DNA from: Vermamoeba vermiformis
Lineage: Eukaryota
Assembly (NCBI GenBank): GCA_045837725.1
Contig: JBEWZL010000066.1
Span: forward strand, 310,001 to 374,000
Length of the DNA: 64,000 nucleotides
Direction: 5' to 3'
Made by a program: the position numbers and the translations under genes. Positions 51,501 through 63,658 of the stretch are shown here, piece by piece (the first letter of the stretch is position 1; every line of letters starts with the position of its first letter). Below the pieces are notes generated by a model. That model worked only from the letters and a program-made list of their open reading frames with translations. It did no database searches and was not told the origin of the DNA.

Positions 51501-54500
51501 CGACATTACTGTCGGGTCTTCAGGGAAGTGAGCGATGACAGTGTTGTCAGGATCGCAAGGCCATTGGACATCCTTCTCGCCAGCCTTGAGAGGCTTGCCG
51601 ACAGAGTGCAAGCAAGGCAAGAAGAACTTGCTTTCGTCCATAATGTTGAGGACCTTGATACCGATACGGGTCATGATCTTCATATTCACGACGACGTAAG
51701 GAGAGTCGGAGATCTCGACACCAAACTTGGAGTAAGGCGAACCGATGGGACCCATGCAGTAAGGAATGACGTACATCGTACGACCCTTCATGCATCCGTC
51801 GAACAACTTGTTCAAACGTTCCTTCATCTCCTTAGGATCAGCCCAGTTGTTGGTCGGTCCAGCGTCGTCCTTGTCCTTCGTGCAAATGAAGGTCTTGGAC
51901 TCGACACGAGCAACGTCGCGAGGATCAGAGCGAGCCAAGTAGCAGTTGGGCTTGTACTTGGGGTTGAGAGCAGTGAAGGTGCCTTGCTTGACCATCAAGT
52001 GGCACATTTCGTCGTACTCTTCTTCAGTACCAGTGCACCAGTGAACACGGTCAGGCTTGGTCATAGCACGAACTTGCTCGACCCATTCAATCAACTTCTT
52101 GTTGTTAGTTGGAGGTGGGTGTTCAGTACCGATCTTCAATCTCTTCTCCAACTCGAACATTTCTTGCATCAACGATTGAGGAATGCGAGTTCCGAAAGTA
52201 GCGTAGAAGTTGCGAATAGACTCAATTTCTTGCATCCATTCTTGGCATTCGACTTCAGTCAACTTGGCGAGGGCGGAGTCAGTGATATCCAAACCGCTAA
52301 CATCGAGAGAGTCGATAGTGGGCACGTGACCGATGGGAGTTCTGGTGCTCTTGGAAGTCGGGTTACGACCAATACGACCGCAGATCCATTTCAAGACACG
52401 GGAGTTTTCACCAAAGCCAGGCCACAAGAATTGACCGTTCTCGTCCTTTCTGAACCAGTTGACGTAGAAGATCTTAGGACTGTTGTAACCAGTGAATTTT
52501 CTGAAGTCCAACCAGTGCTTGAAGTAGTCTGCCATGTTGTAACCGCAGAAAGGCAACATCGCAAATGGATCACGACGAACTTGACCAAGCTTGCCTTCAG
52601 CAGCAGCTGTTTGTTCAGATGAGATGATTGAGCCCAAGAAAACACCGTGTTGCCAAGTGAAGGCTTCGAGAACGAGAGGAACCAAAGAGTTACGGCGACC
52701 TCCGAAGATGATTGCGGAGACAGGAACACCGTTGGGGTTCTCCCATTCAGGATCAATCACAGGGCATTGAGCAGCGGGAGTGGTGTAACGAGAGTTGGGG
52801 TGAGCAGCGGGGCGGCCACAGCCAGGAGTCCACTTTTGACCGGTCCAATCGATTAACTCAGCAGGAGGCTGCTTGGACATGCCTTCCCACCAGACATCAC
52901 CGTCAGGGGTCAAACCAACGTTGGTGAAGATAGTGTTCTTCTTGATGGTTCTCATAGCAGAGCTGTTGGTGTGTTCTGAAGTACCAGGAGCGACACCGAA
53001 GAAACCGTTCTCAGGGTTGATGGCACGGAGAGTACCATCGTTAGCGACGTGCAACCAAGCAATATCGTCACCAACGCAGCGAACTGTCCAACCAGGAAGT
53101 GTGGGCACCAACATAGCAAGATTGGTTTTGCCACAAGCTGAAGGGAATGCAGCGACGACGTAATGTTTAGCACCTTGAGGCGAAGTCAAGCCCAAGATCA
53201 ACATGTGTTCAGCCAACCAGCCTTCTTTTCGGCCCATAGTTGAGGCAATACGCAAAGAGTAACACTTCTTGCCGAGCAGAGCGTTACCACCATAGCCACT
53301 ACCGAATGACATAACTGAAGGTTCTTCAGGGAAGTGAGCAATGACAGTGTTGTCGGGGTTGCAAGGCCAAGAAACGTCTTGTTGTCCAGGTTGCAAAGGA
53401 GAGCCGACGGAGTGCAAGCAAGGCAAGAAAGCTTGATCACCCATGTAAGTCAAGACCTTGGTACCAATACGGGTCATGATCTTCATGTTCACGACGACAT
53501 AAGGAGAGTCGGAGATTTCGACACCATAGCGAGAGTAGGGAGAGCCAAGAGGACCCATGCAGTAAGGAATGACGTACATTGTACGACCCTTCATGCATCC
53601 GTCGAACAACTTGTTCAAACGTTCCTTCATTTCTTGCGGATCCATCCAGTTGTTGGTTGGTCCGGCGTCGTCCTTGGTCTTGGAGCAGATCCAAGTCTTG
53701 GACTCGACACGAGCAACGTCGCGAGGATCAGAGCGAGCCAAGTAACTGTTAGGTCTGAGTTGGTTGTTCAAAGGAATGAAAGTGCCTTGTTGAACCAAAA
53801 GCGAGCACATTTCGTCGTATTCAGCTTCAGTACCAGTGCACCAATAGACGCGATCCGGCTTGGTCATCTTGCGGACTTGATCGACCCAAGTAACCAAAGC
53901 CCTGTTGGTAGTGGGGACTTGGTCTTCATCCAAATGCAATAATTTGTCTTGTCTCTCCAATTGCTCGTAGAGAGCGGTAGGAACCTTGTGACCGAGAGTG
54001 GAAAAGAAGTTTTTGATTTGAGGAATCTTGCGCAAGAAGAGGTCTCTGTCGACATTGAAGAGCTTGGAAAGAGTATCCACGGAGACTGAAAGACCAGAGG
54101 TATCGAAAGAGCGGATGGTAGGGACGTAGCCAATGGAAGTTCTCTTCGCATCCACTTCACCGTCAATTCGACGGAAGACCCACTTGAAAATGCGCGAGTT
54201 CTCTCCGTAACCAGGCCACAAACGCTTGCCGTTGTCTTGTCTGAACCAGTTCACGACGAAAATCTTTGGGCTGCGAGAAAATACCAGTCGATTAATAACG
54301 CGTCGAAATTTCCGTGGATAGATAGTAAAAATTAGGTTAAAGAGACATACCTGCTGTAACCCAAGAACTCTCTAATCTTAAACCAATGCGAAATGTGGTC
54401 ACCAATGTTGATGCCAGTATAGTTTGACATAGCAAACGGATCTCGATGTTCAGGGACAGTTGTTCCCATAGCCTCGTGTTCATCGACAGCCAAGGTGGAG

Positions 54501-56559
54501 CCCCAGAAGACACCGTGCTTCCAGTTAAAAGCTTCGTATATTAAGGGGTACGTCTCTCTTCTGCGGACACCGAAAACGATGGCAGAAATGGGAACTCCGT
54601 TAGGGTTTTCCCACTCTGAATCAACGACGGGGCATTGAGCCATAGGGCACGTGTAGCGTGAGTTGGGGTGAGCAGCAGGACGACCGCAGTCAGGAGTCCA
54701 CTTTTGACCAGTCCAGTCAATAAGAAGTGGAGGAGGATTGCGTGTCATGCCCTCCCACCAAACGTCACCTTCAGGAGTCAAGGCGCAGTTAGTGAAGATA
54801 GTGTTTCGTTGAATGGTGTCCATAACACCTCTGTTGCTGTAATCGGAAGTGCCTGTATTACAGTAATTCAATTAGTTTTTGTGTGACGAATTCGAATTGT
54901 TGCAAAGTATTGACATACCAGTGGCAATGCCAAAGAAACCAGTCTGTGGGTTGACACCGTAAAGACGGCCGTCGTCACCAACGTTCAACCAAGCAATTTC
55001 AGTGCTGACGCAGCGTTGAGTCCAACCGGGCAAAGTAGGCACCAAGAATGACACGCTAGTTTGACCAGTACCGGCAGGCATGCAAGCGCAAACGTATTTC
55101 TTTTGTCCTTCGGGAGATTTCAAGGCAATGATCGACGAATGAGAAGCCAAAAACTTGGGATTTGACTTGGTCAAGGCAGATCCCATTCGTAAGTTGAGTG
55201 AACGACGAAGCAAAAATCCAAAAGCGGTACCGAAGCCCATCATGTGAGGAATAGGATCATCGGGGAAGTGCGCGAGCCAAACGTTGTCCGGGCTGCAAGG
55301 CCATGGGACGTCGCGTTGGCCGAAGTACAAAGGCATACCGACTGAGTGCAATGAAGGCATGAAAGGTTCATCTTCGCCCATAAGATCTAATACCTATCAT
55401 TTTATGCGTCAATAATTTTATCGGCGCAGTTTTACTGTCACGTTATGAAAATTATTCGGAACTTTTTGCCAGATTCATTCACTAAACAATTCAAAATTTC
55501 TAATATTGGAGTACTTACTCTAGTTCCAACGCGCGCTACTGTTCGTACGTTCATTACGACATAAGGTGAATCAGTAGCGATGACGCCAAACTTGCTCCAT
55601 TGAGATCCGAGTGGTCCCATGCAGAACGGAACAATATACATTGTTCTGCCTTGCATAGAGGCATGGAATAATTTTTCTAATTTAGCCTTCATCTCGTTAG
55701 GCTCCATCCAGTTATTCGTTGGGCCGGCATCTTCTTTGTTATTTGAGCAAATAAAAGTTCTCTCGTCGTACTTGCTGAGATCTCGCGGGTCTGTTCGAGC
55801 CAAGAAAGATCCTGGTCTTAATTTAGGATTGAGGCGAATAAATGTGCCATTCTCGACCATTTTGTTGCAGAGCGTATCTCCTTCTTCTTTGGATCCGGTG
55901 CACCAGTAGACCTGATCGGGCTCGCAAAGCTTTCTTACTTTCTCAACCCATGTGAGTAATTTTACGTGACTAGTAGGAGGTAGTTCCGATTTAGCCCTAT
56001 TGAGATCCGACATCCGTTAGTTTTATGCATCCAACCAAACACGGCGTTTTAATCAAGAATAATTGCTTGATACGTGACAATTTATTTACTGCTCAAAGTC
56101 TTAAAAAGGGACTTCCATAAATACCGTCCACGCGAAGTTTCTACTTGGCAATCTTTTCCACCCGAAGAAAATTATTTTAGGCCAAAATCCTTCGCAAATC
56201 CTATTTAATCAAGGGACGCTGGATCAGATCAAAAGATTTGCACCTTTCCGCGCAGATCCGCAGCGTTCTTGAATGGGACGGATTCGCGAGACGATAGGCC
56301 AAAAGTAACTTTGCAAGAAATTGAAACTTTCTTGAACAGAAAAATATGCCGAAGTAGGGTCACGTAATGGTATAAATGATCGTCTAATAAGTAAAAGAGG
56401 AACTGATTGAAAAATTTCGGATCAATTTTCGAAAACGGTAACTATTGTAAACAATTCCAATGAGCGCGATTGTGCTTACCCTTTGCTGGCCTGAGTACGC
56501 GGAGACACTGCCTCGGGCTGGGGGATATTTAAAGAGATAGTAACCTTTGGTTGGTCCAT
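48539..56559 (-). CDS. Giant GTP-dependent phosphoenolpyruvate carboxykinase with four tandem PEPCK units (about 2,400 aa)
   Basis: Exon 1 (56559-56480, [10 protein letters not shown]...) splices in phase to 55996. Three more introns follow, then one exon of about 5.7 kb. There are four copies of the HPNSR / NWF / WPG.GEN scaffold. Units 2 and 3 have [25 protein letters not shown] and VGDDIAW. One extra A near 49782. Confidence 0.92.
50320..53920 (-). repeat. Internal tandem duplication (period about 1.8 kb) between PEPCK units 2 and 3
   Basis: Identical nucleotide blocks include 51778-51827 = 53581-53630. Near-identical blocks lie at about 51254 vs 53060 and about 50727 vs 52533. Confidence 0.9.
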
Positions 56560-57195
56560 TTGTAGTAGTTACTTCTAGAATGTCAACCAGATTCGATGAA
56601 ACAAATCAACGAGCGATAACTAGACCAGTCGATGACTTGTTATGTTGTTCTATCGAAGAGGAATGTTAAAAACTAAACGTGGAGGTCAAAACTAAACAAT
56701 TGTTTACTGAAAACCGGAACTTTTCGTGAATTTCCAGACGTTTGATTTTTGCTTTGTGAAAGTTTTCGCTAACAAAAACGCAATATTTGGAACGGACGCA
56801 GTCCAGATCGTGTTTCAGTTGACACAACAGAGTTCAAGAATCCGCAATTATATCAAAGTTTACAATCACCCATGGATGCAGCAAGTTAGTAATGGTCACG
56901 TTAATCCAAGCTCAGACAACGTTCAGTTAAGTCCTAAGGGTGTCTCTTCGTCAAACAAGCGTGTGTATTCTCGTTTCACGAGAAGAATATTCCTAAGCCG
57001 TAAGTTGTAACGCGGGTGTTATTGATCAATAACTCGTGATCCAGATCGCAACGTTTAACACCTCCTTTACTAAAATTATATTTTTTTCCGAGTCCAGTGA
57101 ATGTCCTCCTGTGCATATCTGCAGTCGCCTTATTGATATTTGGGTTTAGAGACTCGTATCAATTTTTTTATTTATTTTCAAAAAATATATCGAAG

Positions 57196-59287
57196 ATGGA
57201 ACAACACACGAAGCTAACTACCGTAAGGTTTCGTGTCCATTGCGATACTAGATTAGGAGAGCACGTGCACGTAGTCGGAAACCGTCGAGAGCTCGGCAAC
57301 TGGCGACCTACTGCGGCTAATCAGCTCAAGTGGACAGAGCACTCTTGGTGGGAGTCCAAGATTCCTCTTGCGCCTGGAGAGCTCGAGTACAAATATGTTA
57401 TTACAGAAGACCATTCAAATATGGAGCTATTCGAGCAGGGAGATAATAGAACGGCTACTGTTCAAGGCTTAGATGAGGAGACAATCGTCGATGTCTGGAA
57501 CAAAAGAAAGCGTACAGCATCTGCTACATATGATTTCCCAACAACTAGTCAATTACGAGTAAGTAAAGGGTCTGTCGAGGAATATTTTTAAATTTACGCG
57601 GGTATTTTTTCGGATTTCTTGCACGGACTACAGAGGTCTTTGCATAAATTATTTTACCTAATTTTTGCGCAAATAAATTGATGCTCGAATTTTCTAGATT
57701 ATGAGTTTCAACATCCGCTATGACAATCCACATGACGGACCGTTTCAGTGGAAGCATCGTAAAGACAAGGTAAGGACAATTTTGCCGGATTATGAATGTA
57801 CTCATGTTAGTAGGTCGCGAGCATAGTGTCGTTTCATCATGCGGACGTTGCTGGCCTTCAAGAAGCTTTGAGCAATCAAGTAGATGTAAGTTGCACGTCA
57901 GCTGCGAAGGATCCAGAAGCTTGAGGACCCTTCGAGAGGTGTACTTTGGAACGACCTAGAGTTTTCGAATGCACGACGTGCTCTAGAACGGATCCACACC
58001 TTTCTCGAAGATTTTTCAGCTTCTAAACGTTCTGGATGCACCTTCGATTTCTAATTCGACGTTATTCTAGGACCTTGCTAAGGCATTCGGGAATCGGTAC
58101 AAGTATGTCGGCTGGGGTCGTGATGATGGAAGGCGGAACGGAGAATTCGCACCGATATTCTACAGAGCAGATCTGTTCGAGGCAAGTAACGGATCCGAAT
58201 CTCAGCAACAAGCGCTGTCAGATTACTACGCCACTCTATGTAGCAGTCACTTATTCTTTGCGGATAGGTCGAGGAGAGTGGGCTGTTCTGGCTTTCAACA
58301 ACGCCAGATAAGGTCGGATCGTTAAGTTGGCGCAGTTCTTTGCCACGCATCTGCACGTGGGCTCGATTCAAACACAAGTCTATTAAGTAAGTACCCTCAA
58401 ATAGTTAAAAAGCACCCTTTCCTGCGATATGTTCTGCAGATCGACCAAAAAAGCAAAAAAAGCAAAAAAGAAACGACCGCAGGCGGGAGTAACACCCGCA
58501 TCCACTCGCATTGCCAACCGGACAAGTTTGCACTTGAGTTGATGACCCCGAAGGGCCAGACGAGTGCTCTATTATTGAGCTACCACGGTCAAATGTGAAT
58601 TGGCTATTTTAGTCTTATGAGCTGCCTTACCAAATCTGCTGATTTTAATTGTGGGAACAAAATGGGTCTTTCGTAGCCGTCTAATAATCTTCCTTGCGCA
58701 TTTAATTCAATCAATTTAGTTTTCTGTGCCTTAAGCCTTAAATCTTTGTGCACCAAGAGAGATCTTACTAACCGAATTTGTGGATAGAACCGGATCTCCT
58801 TTCCTAGTCTTCAATACACACTTGGATCATATGTCGCAAGAGGCACGTTTAGAAGGCCTCAAGCTTATTCTATCGCGCATAACAACGTTGTCCATGGGCT
58901 TGCCAACGGTGCTGTTGGGCGATTTTAATTCGCCACCACGCGAAGGACTTGTGGACAAGATAACTCAAAGTAATGCTAAACAGTCGTGGGGTAAGTAATG
59001 TGCAAGTATTTTAAGCACTCGAGGAATTTTGTCGACCAAAACTTACATCTGATCCGGATTTGTCTCTAGGAATTCACCTCCAAGACGCTAAAGAGAAGAG
59101 TAAAAACCCGGCTCATGGACCTACTGCTACATTCATCGGATTTCAATTCGAGGCTAATGATTTGATCGATTACATTCTCGTCTCAGAGAATATTACAGTC
59201 GTAAATTACGGTGTACTGACGGATGTGTGGGACAACAACTTTCCACCGTCAGATCATCGCCCGATTGTTGCAGATATCACTTTTTAG
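57196..59287 (+). CDS. CBM20 starch/glycogen-binding domain + endonuclease/exonuclease/phosphatase (EEP) domain protein
   Basis: CBM20: VVGNRRELGNW, EYKYV, FEQGDNR. EEP: IMSFNIRYD, GLQE, GRDDG...GE, FNTHLDH, LLGDFN, IDYILV, PSDHRPI. Confidence 0.85.
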
Positions 59288-59520
59288 AGCCAATGCGATA
59301 TTTGGTCATCGCCGATCGTACGCAAGCGTTCCACACCGCGAATCTGATGATCTACCACTTGGCCAAGAATTTGTAAATAACGGAAATTGTACATAAACAA
59401 CCTACATTTCAACGAGTTTCGAGGCTAAAATTCTTCGTGTTGTGATTCATTCTTTGATTGCGGTCGATGGAAATTTGGACGCGTATATTCCTTTTAAATT
59501 ACGCAACTGAAGTGAACAAC

Positions 59521-61296
59521 ATGGCTGAAGGAGTATTAAGAGAGCTAAATATCGCGAGGCAACAGCCTCAAGTGTATATTGAACATTTGAAAGCCAGGAG
59601 GAAATTGATGGTAAGACAGATCTGTGCTTTTTTGATTTAAAATTCCTATAATTCTAAAATTCGTTATTAATCGCATAGTAATGAAATTGAAGTGGTTCAT
59701 TTTATACAATAAATTTCGTGAATTGCAAAAATTTAATGAAAATTTTACGCTTTATTTCCGTATTATTACATCTGCGCGCTACACTATTTTTTTAGCTTAA
59801 TATGCACCAAAGGTCAGCTTTCGCGTTAAATAAATACTGAATTTCTTGGTAGGACTCGAATGGTCTGATCCGCAGACCGGGAAATCCCGTTGGTCTACAA
59901 ACGAAAGAAGGCTATGCAGCCATTGACGAAGCAATAAGTTACTTAGAAGGACAGATTGGACAACCATATCCCGAGTTAACAATGTCACACGGCATGTCAA
60001 AAGCCTGTCAAGATTTGATCGATGTTAATGGTCCGACAGGCGTCGTAGGTAAGTCCATACGATCCCTATACTATGCTTACACATATCATCCATTAAATGC
60101 CTACAAAGGTGTCATTCTGATCGTATATCTGTTTCGATAGGTCACACAGGTGCAGATGGAAGCACGCTAATGGATCGGTTAGCAAGGTACGGCCAGATCC
60201 AATACACTGCCGGCGAGAACATCGATTATGGCAACACTGATCCCGTTCAAATTGTGGTAGCACTAATCACCGATGATGGAGGTGAGATCGACCGCAGACA
60301 CGTGCCACGAAATTTCGGTTTTCTCACTGCTTTTTATCGCTTAGTACCCAACCGAGGACATCGTACAAATATCTACAATCCGCAGTTTACAGTTGCTGGC
60401 ATCGCACTTGGCCCACACAAAGTGTACGGTCATTCGTGCTGCATGGACTTTGCGGGCGGGTACATCGAATCGACACCACCGCCCGAGACTTCAAATTACA
60501 CTTGTAATACTGGACCACTTCAATCACCGAGGTACTCAATGCCGCCTCCAATGCAGCAACAAGATGACTCAGGCCCGCCGCCATTGCCTCCTAAACCAGG
60601 CATGAAAAAGGCATCAATGCCACCAGCACCAATTACTCAACCCGATCAATTACCAACACTTCAACCAAGCGCAAAAAAGTCACAACCATTGTTCAACGGT
60701 CCACCGCAATTACCTCCGCTCCAACCTGGTGCCAGAAAATCAATGATAGCAAACCCTGGAGGAGCGCCGCAAAACCCACCTCAACCAGGTGTCAGAAAAG
60801 CATTGCCTGGATTAACGCCAACGCCGTTACAAAACCTTCCTGCTGGCGCTAAAAAAGCTGTAATGTTGAATGTTGGTCAGGCCCCGAATGCCCCGCCAGG
60901 CCGAAGACAATCCGCACCTCCTCCCGTAGCCCCTGGCAAGGCCGCAACAGGTATGTACGACTTATTTCCTTATTTGGAAACTGTTCTAACATTCTTGGTG
61001 TAGGTCCTGTTAAAGTTGCAGAGTTTTCAATCGGCGGCAATCCATTTGCCACATGTCACGAGCCGTTGATTGAAATGGACGCTTCACAACCGGGTCAATT
61101 GATATTCAAGCCCAAAATCGGCAAAAGCGAAGTTAAGATAATAGTGACAGTCGTGGGCACGAACACGATCAAATTTGACACTTCGTTCGCTGTTGGCGCT
61201 GTCACGTGTCAATCGTGTCAAACTTTCGTGGTGCCGAGTAACTTCAATACATCGAGTATTAAGGTCGATGTAAATAAGATCGTAGTGCCTCAATAA
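59521..61296 (+). CDS. CAP/SCP-domain protein with proline-rich linker, no signal peptide
   Basis: Motifs ELNIAR, GHTGADGS, AGENIDYG and DDGVPNRGHRTNI. Pro-rich repeats precede a beta-rich C-terminal domain. Confidence 0.8.
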
Positions 61297-62496
61297 ACCC
61301 TGAAGATGGTAATATTATCGAATATTGAAGCAACAACATAATAATTGAAAATTGGATTTATATAGGATCTCGATCCGGTTACTTGATGTCAACTTGAAGG
61401 CTTGAATTAGTCCAATCGCTCATTCTTCCACGTTTTCCTTGCGTGGCCGGCGAATATTTGCTTCGAGATTGACCAATGGCAAGCAATCCACTGACGTTGA
61501 ATTGCCAATGCAAAATCAGGCTGTGATCTGGCGTATCTTGGTCTTATTCGGGCTTTGACGTTGGTCCCAGCTTCTCTGCAAATTTCTATTTATTGGTGAT
61601 TGGGCTCACTGGGTATTATCGGTCAGGCTTGTCTACCTTGAAACGGGTAAGTCAGACTTCTCGAGCGGATTTATGATTCATCCAAGGATGCGCATTAATT
61701 AAGGATGATTTACCTAGTTTCTCGAGTATGCTGAAGGCTTCTAGCAGATACAGGTTCAAGTTTGCCTTTTTGAATCGGATCGAGATAGACATCCAATGCA
61801 CTCCTAATGGTAGCAACTACCTTTGTATGGTGTGCTGGCCATAGTAAGTAAGTAGACATCAACTAGAGCATAGATCCGTTGCATCTGTGTGGATGTGGCC
61901 TGAACTTGCCTACACTCTCACTTCGACTGGGCGACTCCATTCGAATTCTAGTTTGCGTATTTCGTACAAAACCGAGATTTCGTTTCTGATTGACTGCTGT
62001 CAACTTCCGTTCCTGTAACTTTGCTGCATATTTTGCGTTGTGAATTTAACGATTTTTTTAAAAGATTAAAAAGTCGTTTAAGATATACTCTGGGAATTCA
62101 CCAATATGACTTATAATCACTCAATCTGACGGAAATATCATTAAACAGGACTATTCTGATAACGCAAGACCTCAACTTTCGCCTTGACGCGCTGATCTGC
62201 TGAGGCTTATCAGATCCGACCTTCGCACGATGGACCAAACCTGATTGTATTGAAAATACAATGACGAGCATGCTCTTGCTACTTACAATCATATTTGGTG
62301 AAGAGATCGATTTGCTACTGGTAGATGAGTCATCGAAAGTTCACATGACGTCATTGTCACGCAGATAGAAAATTATCGCGAAAATGAGGAATTCGAGCGC
62401 AAAATAAAAGTCGAATCAGTTTTGAGCTCATTCGTAATCAAATTACACCAATAGCAACAACACCAGATAACAGTCGAAGTATCAACAACAATCTAT

Positions 62497-63658
62497 ATGA
62501 CTCGACGTACCGTACTTTCAATAAGCATACTAGTGCTTGGATGCATTCAAATCGTCCAATCAGCAAACTGCTACAACTACAACGGCGGCTTCTTCTACAC
62601 GGCCACATCTCTTGGTCAAAGCTGCACAACGGTCTGCAGCGCCTACGGTGGATTCGACGCTATTGCTACACAGCGCACGGGCAATGCGGTAGGCAGACAC
62701 TTCTACCCTTTGAAATCCGACGGCAGCAACTGGATGTCCATTGAGTGCTCATCTACCGATTCTAACATAAATTGGGGCTCTTCGGGCGTTGTTCCTGACC
62801 CAAATTGGAGCCACCCTTACTGTTACGTGCACTGCGCTTGTAACTCACTTCCACCCAATGTCGAAAGCTGCGACGGAGACCCCTGTAATGGCGTCACTGA
62901 GGGGGGCGAATGTCACTACCCACAAGCATCATGCGGCTCGGGACAGTGCCTACAAGGCGTCTGCAACTTCATCAACTCTACTAACGCCCCGTCCTGTGGT
63001 AATGACACTCAGTGCCGTGCTTACAGCTGCGTTGAAGGCGAATGCATGGCTACGTCAATCAACAACAACCAGCCCTGCACACCCGACTTCACTCCCATCA
63101 TTTCTCCTTGCCAAGAATATGTTTGCAGCCAGGGCGAATGCGTCTTAATGCCCGCTAACGAGGGCGGAAACTGCGACTATGACACTTGTACTGACGGTAT
63201 CTGTTCTGAAGGTGCTTGTATCAGTTACAGAGCGAAACCTGATGGAACTCGGTGCTCCACTAACAACGTCTGTTCTCTGAATGAGGTGTGCAGCTTTGGC
63301 ACATGTGTTAGCAACGGCACGAAGTGTGGTCAATGCAGCTCGTGCGATCCACTAACTGGATGTCACCCACTTTCAAATGTCACGTGCGATGATGGTGATG
63401 ACACGACGTGCGATGACACGTGTCAACAGGGAGTCTGTGTTGGCCAGAGCATGCCCTGCACCCGAAGCGTCCTTGTCGCCTCAAACAAGCCCGATTGATC
63501 CATCTCCGAATGCCAGTCCCAGCGCTCCGAATGCTAGTCCAATGAGCACTACACCCGGCTCTCATCCAACGAGTGCGACTCCTACGAACAGCGTTGTCTC
63601 TGGTGCATCACTCATGGTAATGCCACACTTGTTTCTCGCTCTGAGTGCTCTATTCTAA
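62497..63658 (+). CDS. Secreted or GPI-anchored cysteine-rich surface protein
   Basis: Signal peptide MTRRTVLSISILVLGCIQIVQS, then Cys repeats (CDDGDDTTCDDTCQQGVC). A Ser/Pro/Thr stalk and hydrophobic tail LMVMPHLFLALSALF* are reached through a frameshift near 63490. Confidence 0.75.

Noticed and set aside
49037-53942. Long plus-strand ORFs (for example 294, 417 and 202 aa) antisense to PEPCK
   Set aside because: They are shadows of strong codon bias in the PEPCK gene, repeat with the same 1.8-kb period, and show no independent protein features.
56011-56013. ORF-track start MSDLNRAK for PEPCK
   Set aside because: This ATG lies between a CTAAC branch point and an AATAG acceptor. An upstream exon at 56559-56480 splices in phase, so the ATG is probably intronic.
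61376-62030. Possible small minus-strand gene (splice-like signals near 61635-61715)
   Set aside because: No consistent reading frame or recognisable domain could be assembled.
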